Assembly: GCA_040755995.1 (NCBI GenBank)
Contig: JBFMAF010000023.1
Location: 32,001 to 96,000 of the forward strand
DNA from: Acidobacteriota bacterium
Lineage (GTDB): Bacteria; Acidobacteriota; CAIWXX01
Direction of reading: 5' to 3'
DNA: 64,000 nt
Shown piece by piece: positions 37,700 to 47,425 of this stretch. The notes beneath the pieces are model-generated. The model made no database searches. It saw only the letters and a program-made list of their open reading frames with translations, and was not told the DNA's origin. Both the position numbers and the translations under genes were made by a program. Every line of letters starts with the position of its first letter. The first letter of the stretch is position 1.

Positions 37700-39850
37700 A
37701 TGGAGCAGACGAAGAACGGTGCAATGAAGCTCGACTTTGACTCGAATACCGGCATCGCCACGCTGACCATTCAGATGGCCGGAAAGGCGAACAAGATCAA
37801 CGATGAGTTCGGAGAGGCGTTTGCGGAGGCCCTTGCGTGGGTGAAGGCACAGAAGGGGCTCAAGGGCGTCATTCTCGCTTCAGGTCACAAAGACTTCTGC
37901 GTCGGCGCGGACATCGATATGATCTACAAGCTCCGCGATCCGGCCGAGACGTACAAGAAGGTGCGCGCGTTGCAGGCGGGCTTCCGCGAGCTCGAGACGT
38001 GCGGCGTGCCGGTCGTCGCGGCGCTCACTGGATCGGCGCTCGGCGGCGGCTACGAGCTGGCGCTCGCGTGCCACCGGCGGATCGCCGTCGACGATCCGCG
38101 CGCTCAGTTCGGGCTGCCCGAAGTCACGCTCGGAGTGATGCCCGGAGCGGGCGGGACGCAGCGGCTGCCGCGGATGGTCGGCTTCCAGATCGCGGCGGAC
38201 CACATTCTACAGGGAAAGATGGTGCGGGCACGCGACGCGAAGGATGCCGGCCTCGTCGACGAGCTGCAGAAGGACGCCGGCGCGGTGCGCGAGGCCGCCG
38301 TCAAGTGGATCGCGGAGAATCCGCACGCGACTCAGCCGTGGGATCAGCGGGGATCCGCATTTCCGCCGCCGGTCGCCGGCACCACTGACGCGCGGGACAT
38401 GCTCGTCGTCATCTGCGCAATGGTCTACCAGAAGACCGCCGGCGCGTTCCTCGGGCCGCAGTACGCGGTGAGCGCGATGCAGGAGGGCTGTCTGCTGACG
38501 TTCGACCGCGGGATGGAGGTCGAGGCGCGCTACTTCACGAAGCTCGCCTGCGGCGACCAGGCGAAGGACATGATCCGTACGCTCTGGTATCACCGGACGG
38601 CCGCCGAGAAGCACGAGGGGCTGCCGTCGATCGAGCAGCTCGGCATCGAGCAGGGTATCGCAAAGGTCGGCATCCTGGGCGCAGGCATGATGGGCGGCGC
38701 GCTCGCATGGGTCTCGGCCAATTACGGCTACGATGTCGTGGTGAAGGACATCAGGCAGGAGGCCCTCGACAACGCCGTGAAGCACTGCGAGGGCCTGACC
38801 TCCAAGCGGGCCAAGCACCTCGACGACGCCGGCCGCAAGCAGCTCATGGGCAGGATCAAGCCGACGCTCGATCTCGCCGACCTGAAGGGCTGCGACCTTC
38901 TGATCGAGGCTGTGTTCGAGGATCTCGATCTCAAGCACAAGGTGACGAGAGAGACCGAGCCGTTGCTGTCGGCGAACGGCATCTGGGCGTCGAACACGTC
39001 GGCGCTGCCGATCACGGATCTGGCGAAGGCATCGCAGCATCCCGAGCGATTCATCGGCATGCATTTCTTCTCGCCGGTGGAGCAGATGCCGCTGCTCGAG
39101 ATCATCGTGGGGAAGCAGACGAGCGAGCAGACGGCGGCTCGGGTTCTCGCGTACTGCCGCCAGATCAAGAAGACTCCGATCGTCGTCAACGACGGCTACG
39201 GGTTCTACACCACGCGAGTCTTCTCGTCGTATCTGATGGAGGCGGTGCAGCTTGTGGCCGAGGGTCACGATCCGGCGCTGGTCGAATGGGCGGCGCGATC
39301 GGCCGGCATGGTGATCGGCCCGCTGCAGGTTTTCGACGAGGTCACGCTCGCTCTGGTGCGCAAGGCCGCGCCGCAGGGCGAGAAGTACACCGGGCGCAGA
39401 TTCGGCGAGGCCGGCTTCGAGCTCTTGAAGAAGCTCGTGGACGATCACAAGCGGTACGGCCGGTCCGCGGGGGCGGGCTTCTACGAGTATGTCGACGGAA
39501 AGCGACAGCGGATCTGGCCTGGGCTGAAGGATCTGGTGACTGCGAAGCCCGCGACAACCGGCGTCGATCTGATCGGGAAGCGCCTGCTGCTCATGCAGGC
39601 GGCCGAGGCGGCGCGCGCGCTGGAAGACGGCGTGCTGCAGCGCAACCGCGACGCCGAAGTCGGCGCCATTTTCGGCATAGGCTTCGCGCCGAATACCGGC
39701 GGCCCGTTCTCGTACATCGACCGCCGCGGAGCTGCCACCGTCGTCCGCGATCTGGAAGCCTTCACCCGCGAGTACGGCGACCGCTACTCCCCGCCGAAGA
39801 TCCTGGTGACGATGGCCGAGAAGAACGAGCGCTTCTTCGAGCCGGTGTAG
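37700..39850 (+). CDS. Fatty-acid oxidation multifunctional enzyme (enoyl-CoA hydratase / 3-hydroxyacyl-CoA dehydrogenase, FadB/FadJ-like)
   Basis: FCVGAD, ALGGGYELALAC, PGAGGTQRL, GAGMMG, EAVFED, SNTS, GMHFFSPV. Confidence 0.95.
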   Translation: MEQTKNGAMKLDFDSNTGIATLTIQMAGKANKINDEFGEAFAEALAWVKAQKGLKGVILASGHKDFCVGADIDMIYKLRDPAETYKKVRALQAGFRELETCGVPVVAALTGSALGGGYELALACHRRIAVDDPRAQFGLPEVTLGVMPGAGGTQRLPRMVGFQIAADHILQGKMVRARDAKDAGLVDELQKDAGAVREAAVKWIAENPHATQPWDQRGSAFPPPVAGTTDARDMLVVICAMVYQKTAGAFLGPQYAVSAMQEGCLLTFDRGMEVEARYFTKLACGDQAKDMIRTLWYHRTAAEKHEGLPSIEQLGIEQGIAKVGILGAGMMGGALAWVSANYGYDVVVKDIRQEALDNAVKHCEGLTSKRAKHLDDAGRKQLMGRIKPTLDLADLKGCDLLIEAVFEDLDLKHKVTRETEPLLSANGIWASNTSALPITDLAKASQHPERFIGMHFFSPVEQMPLLEIIVGKQTSEQTAARVLAYCRQIKKTPIVVNDGYGFYTTRVFSSYLMEAVQLVAEGHDPALVEWAARSAGMVIGPLQVFDEVTLALVRKAAPQGEKYTGRRFGEAGFELLKKLVDDHKRYGRSAGAGFYEYVDGKRQRIWPGLKDLVTAKPATTGVDLIGKRLLLMQAAEAARALEDGVLQRNRDAEVGAIFGIGFAPNTGGPFSYIDRRGAATVVRDLEAFTREYGDRYSPPKILVTMAEKNERFFEPV

Positions 39851-39875
39851 GCGGGCCCCCCAATGGGGGATCGGG

Positions 39876-40144
39876 ATGCCTGAGACGCGGTTCAGTATCT
39901 CCCGCCACGCAGTGGAGGAGGCACAGCGCCGAGGTATTCCCGGTAGCCTCGTTGACCTGGTTCTCCAGTCACCCAGCAGATCGCGGACGAGCGCGGCGGC
40001 AAGAAAGCGTACCAATCCCAGTTGGACTTCGGCGGTGGGAGGATATACTTGTTGAGGGTGATCGTGGCGCATGACGTAGATCCGCCCATGGTGGTGACCG
40101 TCTATCGCACAACCAAGATCGGCAAGTATTGGAGGTCGAAATGA
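39876..40144 (+). pseudogene. DUF4258-like toxin, frameshifted
   Basis: MPETRFSISRHAVEEAQRRGI...LQSP / QQI...LLRVIV...VVTVYRTTKIGKYW with a 1-nt frameshift near 39972. Confidence 0.7.
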
Positions 40145-40338
40145 AGGTGACGTACGATCCGGAAGTGGATGTGCTTCGCATCGTCCTGAGCAACAGGCCG
40201 ATCGAGGAGAGCGATGAGGAGAAACCCGGGATCATCCTCGACTACGACAAGGACGGGAATGCCGTTGGGTTGGAAGTGCTGGACGCTTAAAAGCGTATGG
40301 AGAATCCCCGATCGGTAGAGTACGCTGTGACCGCCTGA
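40141..40338 (+). pseudogene. DUF2283 family antitoxin-like protein with premature stop
   Basis: MKVTYDPEVDVLRI...IILDYDKDGNAVGLEVLDA*KRMENP...; TAA at 40288 (likely from TCA); ATGA overlap with the upstream gene. Confidence 0.75.
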
Positions 40339-40680
40339 GCCAGTTCCAGAGAACCTCGATCGGGCAAGGGGTGAAGGGGAGCTTCGGGGAAGAACGAATC
40401 CTCGCCGAGGCGGTGTAGAGCGTTTGGTTCGCTGGCCTCTGATTCCGATCGAAGTTTCAGAGCCTCGGATAGATGCTTCACGCCGCGTTGGCGTGGCGAT
40501 CGTTGCCGGCGTGGAGGCATGCCAGCCGAGTTCTGGGCCCGGACCTCGACTCCCCCCGGGGCATAGACGGGCTGACGCCCTGTTTTGACAGTCAGGGCGT
40601 TCGGTCCGCATCCCTGACCAGCGATCTGAGCGGCCGGCACCCGGCGGCTTCTCCACCCGCCCGCCGGGTCGCCAGGACCG

Positions 40681-41046
40681 TCAGGCATGACTGTACAGGT
40701 CGCAGATGTCGACGTATATCAGGTATTCCCTGATTTCCTCGCCGCTCAGCTTGAAGATGGTTGCGAACGGCACGGTAAGCGTGGTCGCATCGTGTCGAGT
40801 GTAGGTCACAGTGCCATGGCAGGTCACCGCGCTCGGTTGCATCCACACCTCGACAAGATCGTGGTGCAGAGCTTTGATACTTCCAAGAAAGCCTCGCACC
40901 GCGTTGCCAACTTCCGTCCGGCCCTGGACAGGGGGTGCATTGCCGAATCGGAAGAGGACGTCCTGAGAAAGGAAGGTCAGGAAGTCATCTACCTGGCCTT
41001 GATCTACGCTCTGAAACAGCAGCCTTATTCGATCTTCCATCTCCAT
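40681..41046 (-). CDS. SnoaL/NTF2-like protein
   Basis: DDFLTFLSQDVLFRFGNAPPVQG...GTVTYTRHD...YLIYVD. Confidence 0.8.
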   Translation of the reverse strand: MEMEDRIRLLFQSVDQGQVDDFLTFLSQDVLFRFGNAPPVQGRTEVGNAVRGFLGSIKALHHDLVEVWMQPSAVTCHGTVTYTRHDATTLTVPFATIFKLSGEEIREYLIYVDICDLYSHA

Positions 41047-41236
41047 TGTGATAATCCCTTTCTTCCCGTGCCCGGCCAATAATGTCCATCGGGTCTCCAG
41101 GCAAACTCGCTTTGTTGTCCCTGCGTCCGGGTGATGCCCGGCGTGGGACGCCGGCGTGATTGGCGCCTGGCGCTTGCGCAGCTCCGGAGCTCCTCCGGCG
41201 AAACAGGCGGTTTTCGCACAGGCCGCTCGGATCTGG

Positions 41237-42847
41237 CTACTTCGGCCCGGACTTCACTAGTTCTACTCCGGTTCCCGCGGGCGACAGGTTGCGGCTGTAC
41301 TTCTTGTCGACGGCGTTGTTCCAGTGTTCGTGTACGCCGAGGCTCGCCAGGCGGACTCCGTCGTTCGATGGCGCGTAGACGATGCCGGAAGGTGGGTTAT
41401 CGGCCAGGGCCATCTCGTGCAGATAGTCGTCGCCGTGCAGGAATGCCTGTGTGACGCTGTACTGTTGATAGCAGAAGTCGAGCGCAACGGAATCGATCGC
41501 AACGGGATCGAACGAGGCGAAGAGGCTCTTGGGCCAGTCATTGGCAATGCCGCAGGTGTTCCACTTCTCGGGTCTGCCGTCCCAGCCCGCCGGCAGGTTC
41601 CCTCCCCAGAGTCCATCGATCAGGTACAAGACCGTCTTCCCGCCCAGATCGCGGTGCCCGGCCAGATCGACCAGTGAGCGATACTGGCCCGGCTGATCGC
41701 CGCTCACGGCGCCGTTGTTCATGTACTGATGGAGATCCAGGAAGTTGTGACCGGGCGAGTTGGCGGCTCCAAACGAGCGGCAGAACGAGCCGCCGAAGTT
41801 CTTCGCGCACAGGCTCACGGCGTTGCTCGCGTGCGACTTCAAGACGGCGAAGTTGATGTGATACGTCGAGTTGGCCGGCACGGTTGCGATGTGATCTGTC
41901 TCGAAGGCTGTGGCTCCTGGCACACTCCAGCTGATCACGTGGCTCGAGACGCCGGCCTTGAGCCTGCCGTGCGCCCCAACGGTGTCGTAGAACCTGACCC
42001 TCTTGAACGCCGCATTAGAGCGAATCTTGTTGTAGATATAGTCCGGGACAAGTTGATCGCCCAGGCCCGGCGACAGCAGCGACGTAGCCGTGTAAATGGA
42101 GATCTTGGCGGCAGGCACTCCGGCCTTGTTGACCAGTTGGTCGACGAGGGCGTAGAGAAGGTGCGCATCGTTGTCGACCGACTTCGAAGTGTATCCGCTG
42201 TTGTCGTACTCAAAGCAGGTGACCAGATTTGGTTTTATCGCAACGGTCTCGCCCTTACGGTACCCCACACTCCCACGGCCGTGAGTGCTGTTGTAGTACT
42301 TGAAGATCGCGACCCACGCGTCTTCGTCTGCGTTCTTGCCGGTCAGCCAGCGGATGCCCTTCGACAACATGCCGCTGATGTTCTTCTGGTTGCCGCGCGA
42401 ATCGTCGTACCAGTTCCCGGTCTTCCCGTCCCACTTCACCGCCGCTGCCGTACGGACCCATACCACTCGTCCTGGGTGTATGCCCTTCGCCACGCCCATG
42501 GGGTTGTTGGGTCCTTCACCCGGGACCCAGGCCGACACGCCCGCACTCGGGCTCGACAGGAATGCGGCAACGATGGCGGCGAGTCCCACGCAGACCAGCG
42601 CCGTCCCTGACGCAAGTCGAGCGACTTCGAAGCGGCGCCAGGCCTGCCGCAGTGCGGCTGCCGAGCTCACCAGCGCGGTCAACCAGACGATGAAACCGGC
42701 GGCCAGAGGCGCAGCGGCTCGTTGGCAGGGATAGCTGGCCCGCGCGGGCTTTGGGACGACACGCAGCAGGAACCAGGCCAATGAGGCCAATCCGACTATC
42801 TGCCACGGCCAGCTGCGGGAAAGCAGTCGGGGACGACTCTTCATCAT
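41237..42847 (-). CDS. DUF362-domain exported protein
   Basis: WFLLRVVPKP.RASYPCQR N-terminus, PMGVAKGIHPGRVVW, AIKPN, LKSH...SLCAKN, DPVAIDSV, GVHEHWNN; start approximate. Confidence 0.8.
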   Translation of the reverse strand: MMKSRPRLLSRSWPWQIVGLASLAWFLLRVVPKPARASYPCQRAAAPLAAGFIVWLTALVSSAAALRQAWRRFEVARLASGTALVCVGLAAIVAAFLSSPSAGVSAWVPGEGPNNPMGVAKGIHPGRVVWVRTAAAVKWDGKTGNWYDDSRGNQKNISGMLSKGIRWLTGKNADEDAWVAIFKYYNSTHGRGSVGYRKGETVAIKPNLVTCFEYDNSGYTSKSVDNDAHLLYALVDQLVNKAGVPAAKISIYTATSLLSPGLGDQLVPDYIYNKIRSNAAFKRVRFYDTVGAHGRLKAGVSSHVISWSVPGATAFETDHIATVPANSTYHINFAVLKSHASNAVSLCAKNFGGSFCRSFGAANSPGHNFLDLHQYMNNGAVSGDQPGQYRSLVDLAGHRDLGGKTVLYLIDGLWGGNLPAGWDGRPEKWNTCGIANDWPKSLFASFDPVAIDSVALDFCYQQYSVTQAFLHGDDYLHEMALADNPPSGIVYAPSNDGVRLASLGVHEHWNNAVDKKYSRNLSPAGTGVELVKSGPK

Positions 42848-43128
42848 GTGCGTCTGGTGCCGGCCCGACGCCGGCTCTGGATCATCGGCCGACCTGGATT
42901 CCATCTCGAACCTCCGGAGGCTATCGAAGCGCACGGACTCGCTATCTTCTCTAGTATATCGCGTGCCCAGCTGCTGGCAAGCTGCCATCTGGTCTGGCGA
43001 CGTACCTTGCTGCAGTGCTCCGGCTGAGCCGGCTCTACGCGCGTAGGCCACAGCGAGACCAGGCGCCGGACGCCGGTCACCTGCCCCGTTGCCTCATTCG
43101 CCGCGGGCAAGAGGCTGGCGCACGCGGT

Positions 43129-43998
43129 CTAAGGGCCGAGTCGCTGCGGGCGCGCGGTCGTGTCGATCTTCGTGTAGTCGAGCTCGCTGCCCAGGACGCT
43201 GTGCGGGATCACGAACACCGCCAACGTCAGGACGGCCGCGGCAAGAGAGAGCCAGCGCCCGGTCTTGCTCACGTCCCTCCGACGTACGCCCAGTGCCAGA
43301 CACGCCGAGAGCCACAGCAGGAATGCGACGAGGGTCTTGTTGTCGGTGAGATCCCAGCCGTACGGCACGCCGGTCCACCAGGCGCCGAAGGCCTGGTACT
43401 GGACGAGCGGGCCGAGGAGCATGCCGCCAAGAGAGATGAGTCCGAGCGTCCACCAGGCGAGCGGCCGGAGGCCCGGGCGGTTCAGGAGGGCAACGATTCC
43501 GGCGTGGGTCGAGCATAGCATCGCGAGGAATATGAAGACGACATGTGGAACCAGCGCCCACCGGCTCACATGCCCTTTGAACCGGATCACCACGTAGCGG
43601 TCCTCCGGGACATTCACCGTCTCGCCCCCGGAGGTCAGCCTGACGTGGTACTCGAGCTTGCCGGCGGGCGGCTGGTGAGGCAGTGCGGCCGAAAGGCGAT
43701 CTCCATCCAGACGCATCGCCACCGCTTTCATTGGCTCATCCACCTTGAACCGCTTGTAGCTCAGCGTACCGGAGACGACACCTCGCGGGATTGCGATACT
43801 GACGACGGCGTCGGAATCTCCGGCGTGCGTACGAGGCAGTTTGTAACTCGATGACTGCTGGGCAATGGTGACAGATCCGCGGACTGGGCGGGCTGGTCCG
43901 GTGATTCGCTGGAATGCGGCTGTTCCGAGCGTCACGATGAACACCGCGAGCCACCACGCGGCGTTGCCGGCGCCAGCTGGTAGTCGCTTCGATCTCAT
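43129..43998 (-). CDS. Conserved hypothetical membrane protein
   Basis: N-terminal TM, soluble domain (LPHQPPAGKLEY), about 4 C-terminal TMs (WTGVPYGWDLTDNKTL). Confidence 0.75.
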   Translation of the reverse strand: MRSKRLPAGAGNAAWWLAVFIVTLGTAAFQRITGPARPVRGSVTIAQQSSSYKLPRTHAGDSDAVVSIAIPRGVVSGTLSYKRFKVDEPMKAVAMRLDGDRLSAALPHQPPAGKLEYHVRLTSGGETVNVPEDRYVVIRFKGHVSRWALVPHVVFIFLAMLCSTHAGIVALLNRPGLRPLAWWTLGLISLGGMLLGPLVQYQAFGAWWTGVPYGWDLTDNKTLVAFLLWLSACLALGVRRRDVSKTGRWLSLAAAVLTLAVFVIPHSVLGSELDYTKIDTTARPQRLGP

Positions 43999-44070
43999 AG
44001 GCTGCGCATTCCGTCCCGATGCACAAGGCGTGAATCTTACCGACCAGACGTGCGGATGGCAAGCGGGGAT

Positions 44071-44205
44071 GTGAAGAGGTGAGACGTTAGAGGATAGACG
44101 GAAGACGTGCGCTGCTGCCACGTCGGACGTCAGACGGGAGACGTTAGACGGAAGAAGTGCGTTGTTGCCACCTTTGGCACCTGCTCTTTCGTGTTCCGTC
44201 TAACG
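44071..44205 (+). repeat. Heptamer-palindrome element R1 (double)
   Basis: AGACGnn arm, core GACGTGCGCTGCTGCCAC, then a second degenerate unit. Confidence 0.8.
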
Positions 44206-44297
44206 TAGGACGAGCTGGATTGACAGGCGGTCTTCGAGTCAAGGTGGCAGGCTATAGAGAGGGTGCAACCACCTGATTCGCGGCCACGGGCCGCCAT

Positions 44298-44642
44298 TCA
44301 GGCGGACTTCCCCAGAGTACGAAGCCGGGCCACGAGATCGCGAACATCTTCAACCGCCTGCTGGAGTGTATATCCCGACGGAATCGCAGCCCCGTCAATC
44401 AGATCCATCATCTCCCAAAGAGAGACCCCGGCGATTTTGGCCGCGCGCGACTTGCTGGCCCTGCCTTCATGATAGAGGCGCAATGCCAGTGCCTTCTTCT
44501 TCCGATCAATCCCATCCTGCAGAATCTGCCGCGCTACATCTACACGCGAAGCGTGTTCCTCTCCAGCAAGAATATCCAGGTCCGAAGCAGCCTCGTTCGG
44601 AAGACGGATGTTGAGTTGAACGGGCTTCGAGCTACTCATCAT
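44298..44642 (-). CDS. UPF0175-family antitoxin-like protein
   Basis: N-terminal RHH-like LNIRLP, C-terminal ALRLYHEGRASKSRAAKIAGVSLWEMM. Confidence 0.75.
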   Translation of the reverse strand: MMSSSKPVQLNIRLPNEAASDLDILAGEEHASRVDVARQILQDGIDRKKKALALRLYHEGRASKSRAAKIAGVSLWEMMDLIDGAAIPSGYTLQQAVEDVRDLVARLRTLGKSA

Positions 44643-44651
44643 GAACCTCCT

Positions 44652-45185
44652 CTACTGAGCCCGGAGGCGTCGAATCTCACCTGCCGCAGCTCGTAAGACT
44701 GTGATCACAGCTTCGTCCGTATGCATCGCCCTTCCGATCCGAAGAAGCATGTCATCACACTCCTCAAAACTCACCTGCCCGCCGATCAACCCGTGCAGGG
44801 GCAGCACCTGCAGGATCATGTATTCGACACCGTGAGCAAGTGCGATGTTCCTGCCACGCTGCTCTTCCATCACCAGGACGATGCGGCGCTCCTTGGCGCA
44901 GGCAATGGTCTGGCAGTCCGTGGCACTAAGTGCGGGGGCGCTGCGCCTGATCGACACTGCCATGTGTTTCTCGGCATCGGTCAAAGTGATGACGACGAGA
45001 TCCTTGTCCCGAATGGCATCTTCGATTCGCAAGGCATCGCGATAGCCACGGGCCTTGCCCTGGACCACTGTCTCCGCCTCCACCCCGGGAATCAACGCCA
45101 TCGCGCCGAACAGGCGCTTCAGCAACCAGAGCGCGTCGATTCGTGAAAGCACGATCAGGCTGGAGGCGTCGGCTATGGCTTTCAT
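44652..45185 (-). CDS. PIN-domain protein (DUF3368-like)
   Basis: AIADASSLIVL, LSATDCQTIACA, VLVMEEQRGR; upstream TGaTACAAT and RBS ggag. Confidence 0.75.
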   Translation of the reverse strand: MKAIADASSLIVLSRIDALWLLKRLFGAMALIPGVEAETVVQGKARGYRDALRIEDAIRDKDLVVITLTDAEKHMAVSIRRSAPALSATDCQTIACAKERRIVLVMEEQRGRNIALAHGVEYMILQVLPLHGLIGGQVSFEECDDMLLRIGRAMHTDEAVITVLRAAAGEIRRLRAQ

Positions 45186-45255
45186 GATCTCCTGCTACAA
45201 ATTGTATCACCTGGCAGGGTTTCGTCAATACGGGAGGTGTGCATGTCACACGCGC

Positions 45256-45382
45256 CGGCCGCCTGGAAATGATGAAGCTTATGGCGCGGTTCCAGGACTT
45301 CTTCCGTAGAATGCGGAGGCGTGGCTGGAGAGGTTCGACTACAAGGAGGCGGGGCCGCAGCTGTTGCTGCAGGCTTTCTTGC
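45256..45382 (+). pseudogene. Remnant of AAA-ATPase/nuclease (internal part)
   Basis: Near copy of ~55824-55950 (GRL.MMKLM..FQDFFR...WLERFDYKEAGPQLLLQAFL). Confidence 0.85.
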
Positions 45383-45450
45383 GTCCTCCTCCAGCCGGGT
45401 CCTTCAGGACCACGGATGCCGCCGGGGCCGTTGGATCGTAGTTGACCCCG

Positions 45451-45666
45451 TCACAGGCGTGCATCGGATGAATCCTCGATGATCTCCATGCGGAAGTCGC
45501 AGGCTTCCTCGGGGTGAGCCAAGCGCGGGCTCGGAACGTGAGCGATCTGTTCCACGTGAACTTCAGGGACGACCACAAAGACCCTGGTGTGCTCGGGCAA
45601 CAGCACGTTGCCGTCGACCCTGACCCTTCCTTCCTCAACGACGCCTTCGTATGTCGCCACTCTCAT
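45451..45666 (-). CDS. Small AF2212/DUF104-like putative antitoxin
   Basis: TYEGVVEEGRVR....LPEHTRVFVVVP; the overlapping downstream partner (MHACDGVNYDP...) is truncated. Confidence 0.6.
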   Translation of the reverse strand: MRVATYEGVVEEGRVRVDGNVLLPEHTRVFVVVPEVHVEQIAHVPSPRLAHPEEACDFRMEIIEDSSDARL

Positions 45667-45797
45667 ATACGAACCTCCCCGCCTCTCAAGATCATAGACC
45701 AGGAGCAGGCGGCAGACAAGATCGGCTGGGAAGACGGGCGTCTATGGTGCAGAGACAGCCATGCGAGTCGCTCATCCCGACCTTGTCCTGCAAGGAG

Positions 45798-45922
45798 CAG
45801 GGTGGTGAACGACACCGGGCGGATCGGGCGGGAGAGACATGTTAGACGAGAGACGTTAGGCGGAAGACGTGCGCTGCTGCCACCTCGGGCGCCCGGCTCT
45901 TTCGTCTTTCGTCTCCCGTCTT
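45798..45922 (+). repeat. ATPase remnant (RVVN..GRIGRE) plus heptamer-palindrome element R2
   Basis: AGACG arm, GACGTGCGCTGCTGCCACCTCGGGCG core, CGTCT arm containing the MazF stop. Confidence 0.85.
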
Positions 45923-46274
45923 ACAGCGGCAACAAGCCGACGGCAATTCTGATCCCGTCTTCCAGCTGCCTGAGCAGGTCTTGGTTCAAGGTGCCGAGGC
46001 ATTGCGAGAGCTTCGCCCGGTCGAGTGTCGTGGTCTGGTGGCATAGCGCCACGCTCTCCTGGCGGAGCCCACCGGCAGCCTTTGGCAGACCGACCACTGT
46101 GGGGCCCCGCTGTCCCTGTGCGGGGGAGGTAGAGACAGGCACGACGATGATCGATCTCCATCCGGGCGTCGTGTTGAATCCGTCGTGGGACACAACGATG
46201 ACCGGTCGCGTGCCTCTCTGCTCCGAGCCCGAGCGCGGTTTCAGGTGGGCGACCCAGACCTCGCCGCGCTTCAT
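45921..46274 (-). CDS. MazF/PemK family toxin
   Basis: MKRGEVW..L.P..GSEQ.G.RPVIVVS...N...IIVVP.ST. Confidence 0.9.
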   Translation of the reverse strand: MKRGEVWVAHLKPRSGSEQRGTRPVIVVSHDGFNTTPGWRSIIVVPVSTSPAQGQRGPTVVGLPKAAGGLRQESVALCHQTTTLDRAKLSQCLGTLNQDLLRQLEDGIRIAVGLLPL

Positions 46275-46525
46275 CTGGCCTTATCCTCCGAGAGGAGGTG
46301 CTCGACGGAGGACGCCTCCAAGCTCGCATCCAGGTCCGTGTCGGTACCCGCGAACTTCCTGGCGTAGGCCGTGATGGAATCGTGAATGGCCGCCTTCTTC
46401 CTCTCGGCCAGCCATCTCTCGATTGCCCGCCTGACGAGCACGGTTATCGGTTCGCCCTCGCGTTTGGACTCCACGCTGAGTTGGAAGTAGACGTCGTCGG
46501 GAACGGGAACGTGACAGTTGCGCAT
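46271..46525 (-). CDS. Cognate antitoxin (RHH-like)
   Basis: Overlaps the toxin start; upstream inverted repeats TGCCAT-N6-ATGGCA (46538-46555). Confidence 0.75.
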   Translation of the reverse strand: MRNCHVPVPDDVYFQLSVESKREGEPITVLVRRAIERWLAERKKAAIHDSITAYARKFAGTDTDLDASLEASSVEHLLSEDKAR

Positions 46526-46601
46526 GATAGCCCCCTGTGCCATAGGTCCATGGCAGATATTGTGCCACATCATAAGCCATCATTCAAGGCTGATCGGCTC
46601 A

Positions 46602-47411
46602 TCAGGATGCCAAGCCGCCGAGCGTGGTGGCCCCGGAATGGCCATGGCTGCGGCGATGGAGGCCACGCGATGGCGACCTGTTGCGTTTCTGGACGGAGAC
46701 GGCGTTTGGCTCCCAGGCAAGTTGTGGCTCCAGCTCGACTCGATTCTGGTGATAGTAGGGCTGCTCGCCCTTCAGCCCGTCGTACGATTTAATGCCCACA
46801 GCCAGCTCGCCAGGGAGCGCCGCGTCTTCCTCAAGGTCCAGACAGAGCACAACCCCCGGCTCGACTTCCCTGTAGCGAAATCCGCTCTCCGGGCAAACCA
46901 TGATCCCGTCCTCGCCAGGCCTGCTTAGCCGATGGCCGTGACGGCTCTTCCAGCCTTGCTGGCGCGCCGGCACTCCGACCATGAGCGCGTAGTCCGGCAC
47001 GTCCTTCGCGACGACAGCTCCGGCTCCGACGAAGGCATAGCGGCCGATCGTGATCCCGCAGACGACGGTGGCATTGGCTCCAATGGAACAGCCGCGCCTG
47101 AGCAGGGTTCGCTCGTACAGGCTGTGGCGGACCACCTGTGACCGCGGGTTGGTGACGTTGGTCAGGACGCAGGAGGGGCCGAGGAACGCGTCGTCCTCGA
47201 TGATCGAGCCCGTGTAGATCGAGACATTGTTCTGCACCTTCACATTGTTCCCGATGACCACATCACTGCCCACATAGCAGTTCTGCCCGAAGATGCAGTT
47301 CCTGCCGATCTTCACGCTCTTCATGATGTGGCAGAAATGCCAGATATTCGTCCCCTCGCCGATCTCGCACGGCTCGTCCACGTATGCGGATTCGTGTTTG
47401 AAATACGGCAT
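46602..47411 (-). CDS. WbpD/WlbB-like N-acetyltransferase (hexapeptide repeat)
   Basis: HESAYVD...IGEGTNIWHF, KVQNNVSIY, FLGPSCVLTNV.NPRS, IGANAT; 3' end may run on past the natural stop. Confidence 0.88.
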   Translation of the reverse strand: MPYFKHESAYVDEPCEIGEGTNIWHFCHIMKSVKIGRNCIFGQNCYVGSDVVIGNNVKVQNNVSIYTGSIIEDDAFLGPSCVLTNVTNPRSQVVRHSLYERTLLRRGCSIGANATVVCGITIGRYAFVGAGAVVAKDVPDYALMVGVPARQQGWKSRHGHRLSRPGEDGIMVCPESGFRYREVEPGVVLCLDLEEDAALPGELAVGIKSYDGLKGEQPYYHQNRVELEPQLAWEPNAVSVQKRNRSPSRGLHRRSHGHSGATTLGGLAS

Positions 47412-47425
47412 GATGCGGGCTCCTC

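Noticed and set aside
374..40074. Long antisense or alternate-frame ORFs (e.g. 374-2206, 27009-28283, 34984-36189, 35894-37555, 38207-40072, 38707-40074)
   Set aside because: Shadow ORFs of well-supported genes in high-GC DNA; no recognisable motifs
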